NCBI GenBank assembly: GCA_963991165.1
Contig: CAXDOW010000002.1
Span: 1-51,578 of the forward strand
Direction of reading: 5' to 3'
DNA: 51,578 bases
From: an uncultured Flavobacteriales bacterium
Lineage (GTDB): Bacteria; Bacteroidota; Bacteroidia; Flavobacteriales; UBA7312
Part shown: piece after piece, positions 1 to 8,249 of the stretch
Layout: the number at the start of each line of letters is the position of its first letter
Position numbering within the stretch: position 1 is the stretch's first letter
Program-made: the position numbers and the translations under genes
The notes under the pieces: generated by a model
What the model was told of the DNA's origin: nothing
The model's database searches: none
What the model saw: only the letters and a program-made list of their open reading frames with translations

Positions 1-2420
1 TTTCCATCAATCCATGTGTAGGTGTCGCAAGCAAAAACTTGGACAGTACTACTAGAAATTCCCAATACATTAAACTCTAGAAAAGTAGTATCTGAGACAT
101 TACAAGTCGATGAATCAATAGAAATCAGTGAAACGTTATAAGTACCAGGTTCATCGTATATATAAGTAGGGTTTACTTCGTTTGAAAGAGAGTCATTCCC
201 AAAATTCCACTGATAAGTTATTCCATTGCTCAAATTTTCAAAAGCTACTTCTAATGGTTGACACCAACTATTGTTATTGACAGTAAAATTTGCGACCGAA
301 TTAACCCCTTCAGATTCAAAATCAATTTTAAACACTCCTATATCACATGCTGAAGGCTGCAACGAACCGTAAGCATTGGCAGTAGTTGTCATCACTGCAT
401 CAGCCAAAAAACCACATGAACAAACAGCTTGGTAAATTTTGCCTTGTGGGTCGAATCGACTGGTTCCGCCATCAACATGGTTACCTGTATAGTAAGAAGC
501 AAACTTAACTTCAGTTGCATCAGGATCTAAGACCATTAAGTAAAAGCCCCCTGAGGTGTAAAAAGCATCACTTGTTGTATACAAATTTGGGATGGTAGAT
601 AACCCTCCATGACCTGATAAATAAATACCTTTACAAACATCAACCATAAAGGCAGTTGGGGCAAAATCAAAACTAAACTGATTACCAGAACCTATCGTCG
701 TTTGCCAAATAATATCTTCTAAGTTTTCATCAAACTTGGCTAAGAACTGACTACTATTGTCATTTCCGTAGCACTGTGAAGTTATGGGAATATCACTAGT
801 ATTTTGGCCAAAAATATAGACTTCTTCATCTATATCAACATCAATAAAAAAACTTTGATCATCTCCAGAAGATCCAAAAAAACAGCTAGAAATTAAATCG
901 GTTCCAGTATCATTAACTTTGACAATGAATGCATCATAAGTTCCCCCCAAAAAAGTAGTATCATTTCCTACACTCACCATTGGAAAACCATCAGAAGCTG
1001 TTCCAGTAACATAGGTTTCAAACTCATTGGTGACTCTTAAGCCGTAAGCAGCATCATTTCCTGAAGAACCAATATAGGTTGACCAATCTAAACTGGAGGC
1101 ATCAGGGCTTAGTTTAAATACAACCCCATCTTGTCCACCAGCATTTGTCGTTTGAAAGGCATTGGCAGAAGTTGGAAAATCACTGGATGACGAAAAGCTT
1201 GATATATAAATATGATCTTGAGAATCAAGATAAATCTCGCCCCTCCAAATATCACCATAATTGATATTAATGACGTTTTGACCATCATCTGAACTACCAC
1301 CTATATAGGTAGAACCTATTAAGGTAGCTCCATCACTACTTAAATGAGATACAATAATATCATGCCCCCCATTAAGAGAGCTACTAAGTGCATTTGGACT
1401 ACAGGGGTAGTCTGTAGAATTAGTACTTCCATAAACAAACAAATTACCATTACTATTTGTAATCATACTATGTGGATAATCGCTACTACTACCTCCAATA
1501 TAGCTAGCCCAAATTAGGGCAGACCCATCAGGACTAAACTTACTAATTGCAATATCGGTAGCCCCAAAAAAACTTTCTTGAAATGCACCAAAAGTGGTGG
1601 GATATCCACTGCCAAAGCATCGTGCACCAGAAAAAATATGTTCATTTAAATCATAAGTGGCTGTATGTCCCCAAGTATCAACACTAGAGCCTGACAATGT
1701 TGAGGTCACTAAAATAGGGTCAATAACGAGAGTATATGAGGGGTCATACCCATTAGGAAAAGCAAAGGAAACGATATTTTCATTTAGCTCAAATTGGCAT
1801 GCCACCTCCAAAGTGTCTTTTTCAATTATTTGATAAGCAAAAGGGCGGCTTTCTACTATGGTTTCAAACCCCAAATCAAATATTAAATGACCATTTTCCA
1901 AACGAGGTATAATGGAATGATATTTCATTTGTATATCGTCGGCAGTAGCCAAAGGGTGAACAATAAAATCATATTTAAAGTCAGACTCTTTGGAATGCAT
2001 TCTCAAATCAATACCATTGTAGATGGATTCGCTTATGAGTTCAGAAAAAATAGGCACCATCGATGTCCACTTCGATGTATCATTGGTTAAAAAATAATTG
2101 TGATATGTTGTTTTTTTAGAGTTAGCCAAGTATTTAGATGAAGAATTGGCATTTAAAAAAGTTAAATTGTAGGCATAAGAATTAAATAAGACCTCATCAC
2201 TTAAACTATCGGAGTGATGAAAGTCATGGATGGTTTTACCATCAAAAAACTTAAAGGTTAAACGGTTCTTTTCAACAAAAATATGTCCTCCGGGGATATC
2301 GGCTCTATAAAAAATTTTAGATGCCCACTGACCCTCATTTTTAACATAGTCAACTTGCTGACCAAAGGATAAGCCAGTAGAAAAAAAAAGAAACATATGT
2401 ATGAACAAAAAATGTTTCAT
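1..2420 (-). CDS. Secreted SBBP-like beta-propeller / PKD-domain surface protein, partial (C-terminus runs off the left edge); missing from the supplied ORF track
   Basis: Manual minus-strand translation from the ATG at 2420 gives MKHFLFIHMFLFFSTGLSFGQQVDYVKNEGQWASKIFYRADIPGGH... This is a signal peptide followed by recurring STYIGGSSxD / ASYIGGSSSDY repeat units. A PKD-like stretch (NFTVNNNSWCQPLEVAFENLSNGITYQWNFGND..PGTYNVSL) lies at about 100-330. I met no stop codon down to position 1, and no competing ORF longer than 67 aa exists in these 2.4 kb. Confidence 0.75.
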   Translation of the reverse strand, partial: MKHFLFIHMFLFFSTGLSFGQQVDYVKNEGQWASKIFYRADIPGGHIFVEKNRLTFKFFDGKTIHDFHHSDSLSDEVLFNSYAYNLTFLNANSSSKYLANSKKTTYHNYFLTNDTSKWTSMVPIFSELISESIYNGIDLRMHSKESDFKYDFIVHPLATADDIQMKYHSIIPRLENGHLIFDLGFETIVESRPFAYQIIEKDTLEVACQFELNENIVSFAFPNGYDPSYTLVIDPILVTSTLSGSSVDTWGHTATYDLNEHIFSGARCFGSGYPTTFGAFQESFFGATDIAISKFSPDGSALIWASYIGGSSSDYPHSMITNSNGNLFVYGSTNSTDYPCSPNALSSSLNGGHDIIVSHLSSDGATLIGSTYIGGSSDDGQNVININYGDIWRGEIYLDSQDHIYISSFSSSSDFPTSANAFQTTNAGGQDGVVFKLSPDASSLDWSTYIGSSGNDAAYGLRVTNEFETYVTGTASDGFPMVSVGNDTTFLGGTYDAFIVKVNDTGTDLISSCFFGSSGDDQSFFIDVDIDEEVYIFGQNTSDIPITSQCYGNDNSSQFLAKFDENLEDIIWQTTIGSGNQFSFDFAPTAFMVDVCKGIYLSGHGGLSTIPNLYTTSDAFYTSGGFYLMVLDPDATEVKFASYYTGNHVDGGTSRFDPQGKIYQAVCSCGFLADAVMTTTANAYGSLQPSACDIGVFKIDFESEGVNSVANFTVNNNSWCQPLEVAFENLSNGITYQWNFGNDSLSNEVNPTYIYDEPGTYNVSLISIDSSTCNVSDTTFLEFNVLGISSSTVQVFACDTYTWIDG

Positions 2421-2536
2421 AGACGAACCCTTGTTAGGCTTGCCACAAAGATATTTAAAATCTCTCATTATATTTTATTCACAAATACAAAACCAATAAA
2501 ACTTAACAGAGAACCGTATGTTTCATTAACATAACC

Positions 2537-2544
2537 TATCTTTG
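2537..2544 (+). promoter_or_regulatory. Candidate Bacteroidota -7 promoter box (TAnnTTTG) for the photolyase operon
   Basis: TATCTTTG lies 52 nt upstream of the ATG at 2596 and matches the -7 consensus TAnnTTTG known for Bacteroides/Flavobacterium housekeeping promoters. Confidence 0.4.
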
Positions 2545-2574
2545 TATAACAAAATACATAAATAGTTATACAAA
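2541..2574. promoter_or_regulatory. Perfect 10-bp inverted repeat (TTTGTATAAC-N14-GTTATACAAA) overlapping the -7 box; candidate operator
   Basis: Read directly from the sequence: 2541-2550 TTTGTATAAC and 2565-2574 GTTATACAAA are exact reverse complements separated by a 14-nt spacer. The left arm shares TTTG with the promoter box. Confidence 0.45.
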
Positions 2575-2595
2575 ATTACTTGCGATTTAGAGTTT

Positions 2596-3675
2596 ATGAA
2601 CACGAAATACGATGATATACAACATCAACTATCGACAATTCGGCCCAGAGAATACTCCAAAAGCCGAAATTATATTGATGGTGCAGTAACTTACTTATCC
2701 CCCTATATTTCTAGGGGCGTCTTGTCCACTAAACAAGTATTAAACAGTTGTTTAGAAAGAGGCTTTAAACCCTACCAAATAGAAAAATTCATTCAAGAAT
2801 TGGCATGGCGTGATTATTGGCAACGTATTTGGCAAGAAAAAGATATCAATGTGGCTATTAAGCAACCTCAAGAGGCGGTCGAAAACGATGCCATATCACA
2901 ACGTTTGGTAGATGCTAACAGCGGTATTAACACTATTGACCAAGCCATACTAAAACTGTATGAAACGGGCTACATGCACAATCACTTAAGAATGTATGTG
3001 GCGGCCTTGGCATGCAATATCGCAAAGAGTCATTGGAAAGTACCCGCTCAGTGGATGTATTTTCATTTAATCGATGGAGACTGGGGATCCAACGCTCTTA
3101 GTTGGCAATGGGTTTGTGGTGCTAATAGTCGAAAAAAATACCTTGCCAATCAAGAAAATATAAACCGTTACACGCGCAGTGAACAACGACATACGTTCTT
3201 GGACACAGATTATGAATCTTTAGCACAGTTGCCCACTCCAAGCCATCTAAAGCCATTGAATGACAAAGAACATACGACTCCACTTCCAAATGCGTCGTCA
3301 ATACAACTTGACAATTCCATGCCCTTGTGTGTGTATAACTACTACAATTTAGACCCGTTGTGGCGTGCCAATGAACAGTGTCAACGAGTTTTATTATTGG
3401 AACCAAGTGTTTTCCAAAAGTACCCCATTGGAAAACGGCCACTAGATTTCATGATATCATTGGCACAAAACATTCCCAACATTCATCTTTTTGTTGGTGA
3501 GTTTGGCGCACTTACAAAGAAGTTTTCCAACACCGTCTATTACAAGGAACATCCTTTGAACACTCATTACAATGGTGTGCAAGACCAAAGAGATTGGCTG
3601 ACCAGTATCCAAGGATATTACCCTTCTTTCTTTGCTTTTTGGAAACGAGCTAAAAAAGAACTAAACCTAAAATAA
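2596..3675 (+). CDS. Photolyase/cryptochrome-family flavoprotein with inverted topology (NewPHL-like): N-terminal FAD-binding catalytic domain, C-terminal alpha/beta-like domain
   Basis: Photolyase FAD-domain motifs begin almost at residue 1: YLSPYISRG, ELAWRDYWQRIW, TGYMHNHLRMYVA, HLIDGDWGSNALSWQWVCG. There is no N-terminal antenna domain. The last ~130 aa (LLLEPSVFQKYPIGKRPLDFMISLAQNIPNIHLFVGEF...) resemble a Rossmann-like lobe. Confidence 0.7.
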   Translation: MNTKYDDIQHQLSTIRPREYSKSRNYIDGAVTYLSPYISRGVLSTKQVLNSCLERGFKPYQIEKFIQELAWRDYWQRIWQEKDINVAIKQPQEAVENDAISQRLVDANSGINTIDQAILKLYETGYMHNHLRMYVAALACNIAKSHWKVPAQWMYFHLIDGDWGSNALSWQWVCGANSRKKYLANQENINRYTRSEQRHTFLDTDYESLAQLPTPSHLKPLNDKEHTTPLPNASSIQLDNSMPLCVYNYYNLDPLWRANEQCQRVLLLEPSVFQKYPIGKRPLDFMISLAQNIPNIHLFVGEFGALTKKFSNTVYYKEHPLNTHYNGVQDQRDWLTSIQGYYPSFFAFWKRAKKELNLK

Positions 3676-5180
3676 TGTCAGAAAACAACTCTCAAAATAG
3701 CACTGCCTTAATTGTATTTCCACATCAACTTTTTGAGCAATCCCCTTTGTTGAATCAAAAAGGGGTTTTTTATATCGTAGAAGAACCACTCTTTTTTAGC
3801 CAATACCAATTTCATAAACACAAGCTGTTGTATCATCGAAGTTCCATGCAGTTTTATGCTGATTTTTTGCGTCAAAAAAACCGTCAAGTGATTTATATTT
3901 CACATTTTGAGACTACCTCTGACGTAAGACACTTGCTGCCACACTTAAAACAGCAAGGAATTGAGAAAATAGGCCTGATAGACTTAGATGACAATTACCT
4001 ACATCGTCGATTACATCAAACAGCCCAACAAGAAAATATACTTTGCAAATGCTACGAAAGCCCTTTGTTTTTGAATGAAAAAAGCGATTTATCGGCCTTT
4101 TTTAAGGCAGAAAAAAAGAAATTTTTCCACACCACTTTTTACATCAATCAACGCCAAAGCCGAAGTATATTACTGAATGATAATAGGAGTCCACTGGGGG
4201 GTAAATGGAGCTTTGATACAGAAAATAGAAAAAAGTACCCTAAAGATAAAATACCACCTAGTTTTCCAACCCTTACGTCTGACTCTTATTTTGTGGAAGC
4301 AATCAATTATGTCAAACACTATTTTCCCCATAATCCAGGAGTGTTACCAACACACCCATTATATCCTCATACTCATTCATTAGCTACGAGCTGGCTAATG
4401 ATTTTTTTGGAACAACGTCTCAATGAGTTTGGCACCTTTGAGGACGCCATTGTTCAAGATGAACACTTTTTGAATCACAGCGTTTTGTCGCCAATGCTCA
4501 ACAATGGCCTCATTACTCCAAAGCAAGTGATTGACGCAAGTTTATCATTCAAAGACCGTGTTCCCCTCAATTCCTTAGAAGGTTTTGTTCGTCAAATCAT
4601 TGGCTGGAGGGAATTTATTCGAGGAATATACTTAATAAAAGGAAGTCAAGAGAGAACCACTAATTTTTTTAAGCATCACAGAAAGATCCCCTCATCTTTC
4701 TACACCGCAACCACAGGCATATTGCCCATTGATGTAACAATACAAAAAGTAAACCACACGGCTTACGCTCACCACATAGAACGACTGATGATTTTGGGAA
4801 ATTTCATGCTTCTTTGCGAATTTGACCCTGATGAGGTTTACCGTTGGTTTATGGAGCTATTTATTGATGCCTACGACTGGGTCATGGTTCCTAACGTATA
4901 TGGCATGAGTCAATTTGCCGATGGTGGTCTAATGGCTACCAAGCCCTATATCAGCAGTAGCAATTACATCAAAAAAATGAGTGATTACCCTAACGGTCAA
5001 TGGCAATCTATTTGGGACGCTCTATATTGGCGATTCATTGACAAAAATCGAGCAATTTTTACCCAAAATATACGCATGAAATTCATGATTAGTTTGTTAG
5101 ACAAAATGCCTGTAGAGAAAAAAACTAATCACATACAGTTAGCGGACAACTATTTAAGGACGCTGGAGGGACAAAAATGA
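3675..5180 (+). CDS. Cryptochrome/photolyase-family protein of the PhrB/CryB (bacterial 6-4 photolyase, COG3046-like) type, lacking the Fe-S cysteine ligands
   Basis: Supporting motifs are the N-terminal LIVFPHQLF...FHKHKLLYHRSSMQFYADFL, then GWREFIRG, AYAHHIERLMILGNF, FIDAYDWVMVPNVYGMSQFADGG and KPYISSSNYIKKMSDY. The start overlaps the upstream stop (TAATG). The whole protein has only 3 Cys. Confidence 0.8.
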   Translation: MSENNSQNSTALIVFPHQLFEQSPLLNQKGVFYIVEEPLFFSQYQFHKHKLLYHRSSMQFYADFLRQKNRQVIYISHFETTSDVRHLLPHLKQQGIEKIGLIDLDDNYLHRRLHQTAQQENILCKCYESPLFLNEKSDLSAFFKAEKKKFFHTTFYINQRQSRSILLNDNRSPLGGKWSFDTENRKKYPKDKIPPSFPTLTSDSYFVEAINYVKHYFPHNPGVLPTHPLYPHTHSLATSWLMIFLEQRLNEFGTFEDAIVQDEHFLNHSVLSPMLNNGLITPKQVIDASLSFKDRVPLNSLEGFVRQIIGWREFIRGIYLIKGSQERTTNFFKHHRKIPSSFYTATTGILPIDVTIQKVNHTAYAHHIERLMILGNFMLLCEFDPDEVYRWFMELFIDAYDWVMVPNVYGMSQFADGGLMATKPYISSSNYIKKMSDYPNGQWQSIWDALYWRFIDKNRAIFTQNIRMKFMISLLDKMPVEKKTNHIQLADNYLRTLEGQK

Positions 5181-5214
5181 AGGCATCAATAGTCTTCTAT
5201 TTTGAGTAAATTAT

Positions 5215-5222
5215 TAAATTTG
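5215..5222 (+). promoter_or_regulatory. Candidate -7 box (TAnnTTTG) for the ABC operon
   Basis: TAAATTTG lies 69 nt upstream of the ATG at 5291. Confidence 0.3.
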
Positions 5223-5290
5223 TTGGTGGCTAACCAAACAATCACAATTATTTACAGTTTTACGTTTAGTCAACAAAATGGTAGAAAGAG

Positions 5291-5917
5291 ATGCTAAAGA
5301 CCCAATCAGTTTGTTTTTCCTATGATTCCTCACGCACATTTCAATTTCCTGATATCCAACTTGTAGAAGGACAAAACCTTCTAATATTGGGGCAATCTGG
5401 GGTTGGAAAAACTACCTTTATTCAAATATTAGCGGGATTATTGCATCCCAATTCAGGATTTATAGATTTGAATGACACCAAAATTAATCAGTTGTCTTCT
5501 AAAGATTTAGACCATTTTAGAGGAAAAAATATTGGAATGGTGTTTCAACGCCCCCATTTTGTCAAAAACCTATCTATCATTGAAAATTTAGAGTTGTCTC
5601 TCTATCTGTCAAACAACCCATCGGATAAAAAACGCGCCATGGAATTGTTAGATCAAATTGGCTTGGCCGACAAATACAATCAAAAACCAGATCAATTAAG
5701 CGAAGGTGAGCAACAAAGGGCCTCCATTGCTTTGGCAGTATTAAAAAATCCAGATTTAATTTTGGCGGATGAACCAACATCCAGTTTAGATGACATTAAT
5801 TGTCAGACCATAGTTACTTTACTAAAAGAACAAGCTGCCTCCACCAACGCTCACTTGATTATCATTACACACGATCAACGGTTAAAAAATGAATTCAACA
5901 ACACAATAACACTATGA
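5291..5917 (+). CDS. ABC transporter ATP-binding protein (MacB/LolD/FtsE-like)
   Basis: Walker A GQSGVGKTT, signature LSEGEQQR and Walker B LILADEPTSSLD are all present. There is a 4-nt overlap with the downstream permease gene. Confidence 0.9.
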   Translation: MLKTQSVCFSYDSSRTFQFPDIQLVEGQNLLILGQSGVGKTTFIQILAGLLHPNSGFIDLNDTKINQLSSKDLDHFRGKNIGMVFQRPHFVKNLSIIENLELSLYLSNNPSDKKRAMELLDQIGLADKYNQKPDQLSEGEQQRASIALAVLKNPDLILADEPTSSLDDINCQTIVTLLKEQAASTNAHLIIITHDQRLKNEFNNTITL

Positions 5918-7155
5918 ATATTACTCGTTTAAGTTGGAGAAACCTTACTAGTAGTCCGCTCAACACAACTTTGAGTTTGCTATTGATGACGTTTGGGGTG
6001 GGTATTATTTCACTATTGCTATTGTTGAATAACGAAGTTGAACAGCAATTACAACGCAATCTTAGAGGGATAGATATGGTTGTTGGTGCTAAAGGAAGCC
6101 CCCTTCAATTAATCCTATCTTCGGTATACCACGTAGATAATCCAACAGGAAACATCTCGTTTGAAGAAGCCAATGAATTAAACAAAAATCCATTGGTTGA
6201 ATCGACCATTCCGCTTTCCTTTGGAGATTCTTACAATGGGTTTAAAATAGTAGGAACTACCCACGATTATGTAGAACTGTATCAAGGCGTTTTGAAAGAA
6301 GGCCAATTGTGGACTTACCCCCTTGAAGCTGTTCTTGGAAGTGCTGTTGCAGAAGTCAATCAATTAAAGTTAGGTGACACCTTTCATGGCTCACACGGTT
6401 TAGTAGAAGGAGGTCATATCCATGATGAACATACTTATTATGTGGTGGGGATTTTGGAACCGTCAAACTCTGTTTTGGACAATCTGATTTTGACCAATAC
6501 AGAAAGTATTTGGTTGGTTCATCACCCTGAAACAGACCACCATGAATGCGATGATCCAGACCATCATCACCATGAACATGATGAGTCAACAGGTCATCAT
6601 TCAAATACTGATATGATGATTACTTCTATGTTGGTGACGTTTAAAAGCCCCATTGGATTGATACAAATACCTCGAAAAATAAACGAAACGACCAATCTTC
6701 AAGCAGCAGTTCCATCTTTTGAAATAAATCGATTAGTTAATCTATTGGGATTTGGTGTTCAGACGATTAACATGATTGCTATCATTATAATTCTTGTATC
6801 TGGCTTAAGTATTTTTATTAGTCTGTATAATTCGTTGAAAAAAAGACGTTACGAATTGGCTTTAATGAGAGTTCATGGGGCAAGTAGGTGGCAGATGGTT
6901 CAATTAGTCCTTCAGGAAGGGCTGTTTTTGTCCATTATCGGGGCCTTATTTGGTATAGTCATAAGTAGGATAGCGCTGTTTGTCATGCCACTCTTCTTAG
7001 ATTTGAAATATGGATTAAACACCATTCCTATCGGATTAATTAAGGAAGAATTATGGTTGTTTCCTCTAGCTTTAATCATAGGGTTGTCAGCGTCTTTCAT
7101 TCCAATTATTCAAACGTATAACATTAATATTCCAAAAACGCTATCCAATGCTTAG
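5914..7155 (+). CDS. FtsX/MacB-type ABC permease with a histidine-rich periplasmic loop
   Basis: An N-terminal TM helix is followed by a large extracytoplasmic domain and a C-terminal FtsX-like 3-TM bundle. The loop contains HGSHGLVEGGHIHDEH and VHHPETDHHECDDPDHHHHEHDESTGHHS. Confidence 0.85.
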   Translation: MNITRLSWRNLTSSPLNTTLSLLLMTFGVGIISLLLLLNNEVEQQLQRNLRGIDMVVGAKGSPLQLILSSVYHVDNPTGNISFEEANELNKNPLVESTIPLSFGDSYNGFKIVGTTHDYVELYQGVLKEGQLWTYPLEAVLGSAVAEVNQLKLGDTFHGSHGLVEGGHIHDEHTYYVVGILEPSNSVLDNLILTNTESIWLVHHPETDHHECDDPDHHHHEHDESTGHHSNTDMMITSMLVTFKSPIGLIQIPRKINETTNLQAAVPSFEINRLVNLLGFGVQTINMIAIIIILVSGLSIFISLYNSLKKRRYELALMRVHGASRWQMVQLVLQEGLFLSIIGALFGIVISRIALFVMPLFLDLKYGLNTIPIGLIKEELWLFPLALIIGLSASFIPIIQTYNINIPKTLSNA

Positions 7156-7585
7156 GTATTTTTTGATTTTATCCCTTTTTATGTTTCCAAAATTCAGCTT
7201 TTCTCAAACAGAAATAACTTGGGAAACCTTAGCCGACATAGAGTTTTCCGACAAATATATTGAAGAAGTTGATGAATATTTTTTGTATCCACATTTTGGA
7301 CCATCTGTTATAGAGCTAGAAGGACAAACTGTTATTCTGAGAGGGTTTATGTTAGCGATTGATCCAGCAGAAGGATATTACATTCTATCAAAAGGCCCTT
7401 TCTCTTCCTGTTTTTTTTGTGGCGTTGGAGGCCCTGAGACCATTGTAGAGTTAAAAATGAAGTCAGAAAAGGCCTATTTCGTAATGGATGAAATGGTCAC
7501 AATGAAAGGTACTTTGAAACTTAATGCGGATGATATTTATCAGTGCAATTATATTTTTGAAGATGCTGAAGTTCATCGTCGTTGA
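7148..7585 (+). CDS. Small secreted accessory protein, DUF3299-like (assignment from memory)
   Basis: It has a signal peptide (MLRYFLILSLFMFPKFSFSQ) and the segment GQTVILRGFMLAID...YILSKGPFSSCFFCG. An 8-nt overlap with the permease gene suggests translational coupling. Confidence 0.5.
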   Translation: MLRYFLILSLFMFPKFSFSQTEITWETLADIEFSDKYIEEVDEYFLYPHFGPSVIELEGQTVILRGFMLAIDPAEGYYILSKGPFSSCFFCGVGGPETIVELKMKSEKAYFVMDEMVTMKGTLKLNADDIYQCNYIFEDAEVHRR

Positions 7586-7676
7586 ATAATATCAATTTTT
7601 TAACATCGAAAATTTTGATTATTTTTTTTAAAAAAATATTTTTACGTTCTAAATTATTTAATTAATTCCTCATAAA

Positions 7677-8249
7677 ATGAAACGTATATCTCTAATTTTT
7701 AGTGTGTTGTTTTGCGTTGGTTTGTATGCTCAAAACAACTCAAGTTCTATTAACATGAACATTAATATGAATATCCAAAGCAATGAAGAAAACTCGGCTG
7801 AACCCGCTCAGAATACAAATATGAACCTCGATTTAAATGTGGTGGAAAACAATCCAGGTCAGCCAGCACCAAGTAGTAACCAATCACAAGCAAATACCGC
7901 TACCTCTAAACCTGAACCAGTTTATGTTTCTGGTTATAGCGGTACTATAGGATGCACGCCTCCAGTAAGTACTGAACGAATTAATGACATGGCTAAAACG
8001 GTGGAAAATCAGTCGTTTAGTGATGATAAAGTAAGAGTTTCAAAACAAATCATTCGCACCAACTGTATTACTATTGACCAGTTAATGGTACTTTTGGAAA
8101 ACTTTGACTTTGACGATGGTAAGTTACAAATCGCAAAGTTTGCATATGATCATGTATACGATTTAGAAAACTACTACAAAGTGTACAATGTATTTTCGTT
8201 TAGCAGTAGCGGAGAGGAGTTGGAAGAATATATTCAAGACAAAAACTAA
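7677..8249 (+). CDS. Secreted DUF4476-like protein with a low-complexity N-rich N-terminus
   Basis: A signal peptide and an NMNINMNIQSN low-complexity tract precede a C-terminal FSDDKVRVSKQII...DDGKLQIAKFAYDHVYDLENYYKVYNVFSFSSS segment typical of DUF4476. Confidence 0.55.
   Translation: MKRISLIFSVLFCVGLYAQNNSSSINMNINMNIQSNEENSAEPAQNTNMNLDLNVVENNPGQPAPSSNQSQANTATSKPEPVYVSGYSGTIGCTPPVSTERINDMAKTVENQSFSDDKVRVSKQIIRTNCITIDQLMVLLENFDFDDGKLQIAKFAYDHVYDLENYYKVYNVFSFSSSGEELEEYIQDKN

Noticed and set aside
3122-3442. A 106-aa minus-strand ORF lies inside the NewPHL-like gene.
   Set aside because: It is antisense to a CDS with strong photolyase motifs, and it has no start context, signal or recognisable motif.
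5222-5245. The imperfect palindrome TTTGTTGGT-ggcta-ACCAAACAA upstream of the ABC operon could be a Zur/Fur box.
   Set aside because: The arms have two mismatches, and I cannot match it to a known Bacteroidota metalloregulator consensus from memory. It is left as something to test within the ABC finding rather than as a feature.
7740-7860. The repetitive NMNINMNI / NMNLDLN coding tract could be a tandem DNA repeat or a phase-variation site.
   Set aside because: It is only a short, imperfect low-complexity stretch. There are no exact tandem nucleotide units of a length that would support slipped-strand switching.
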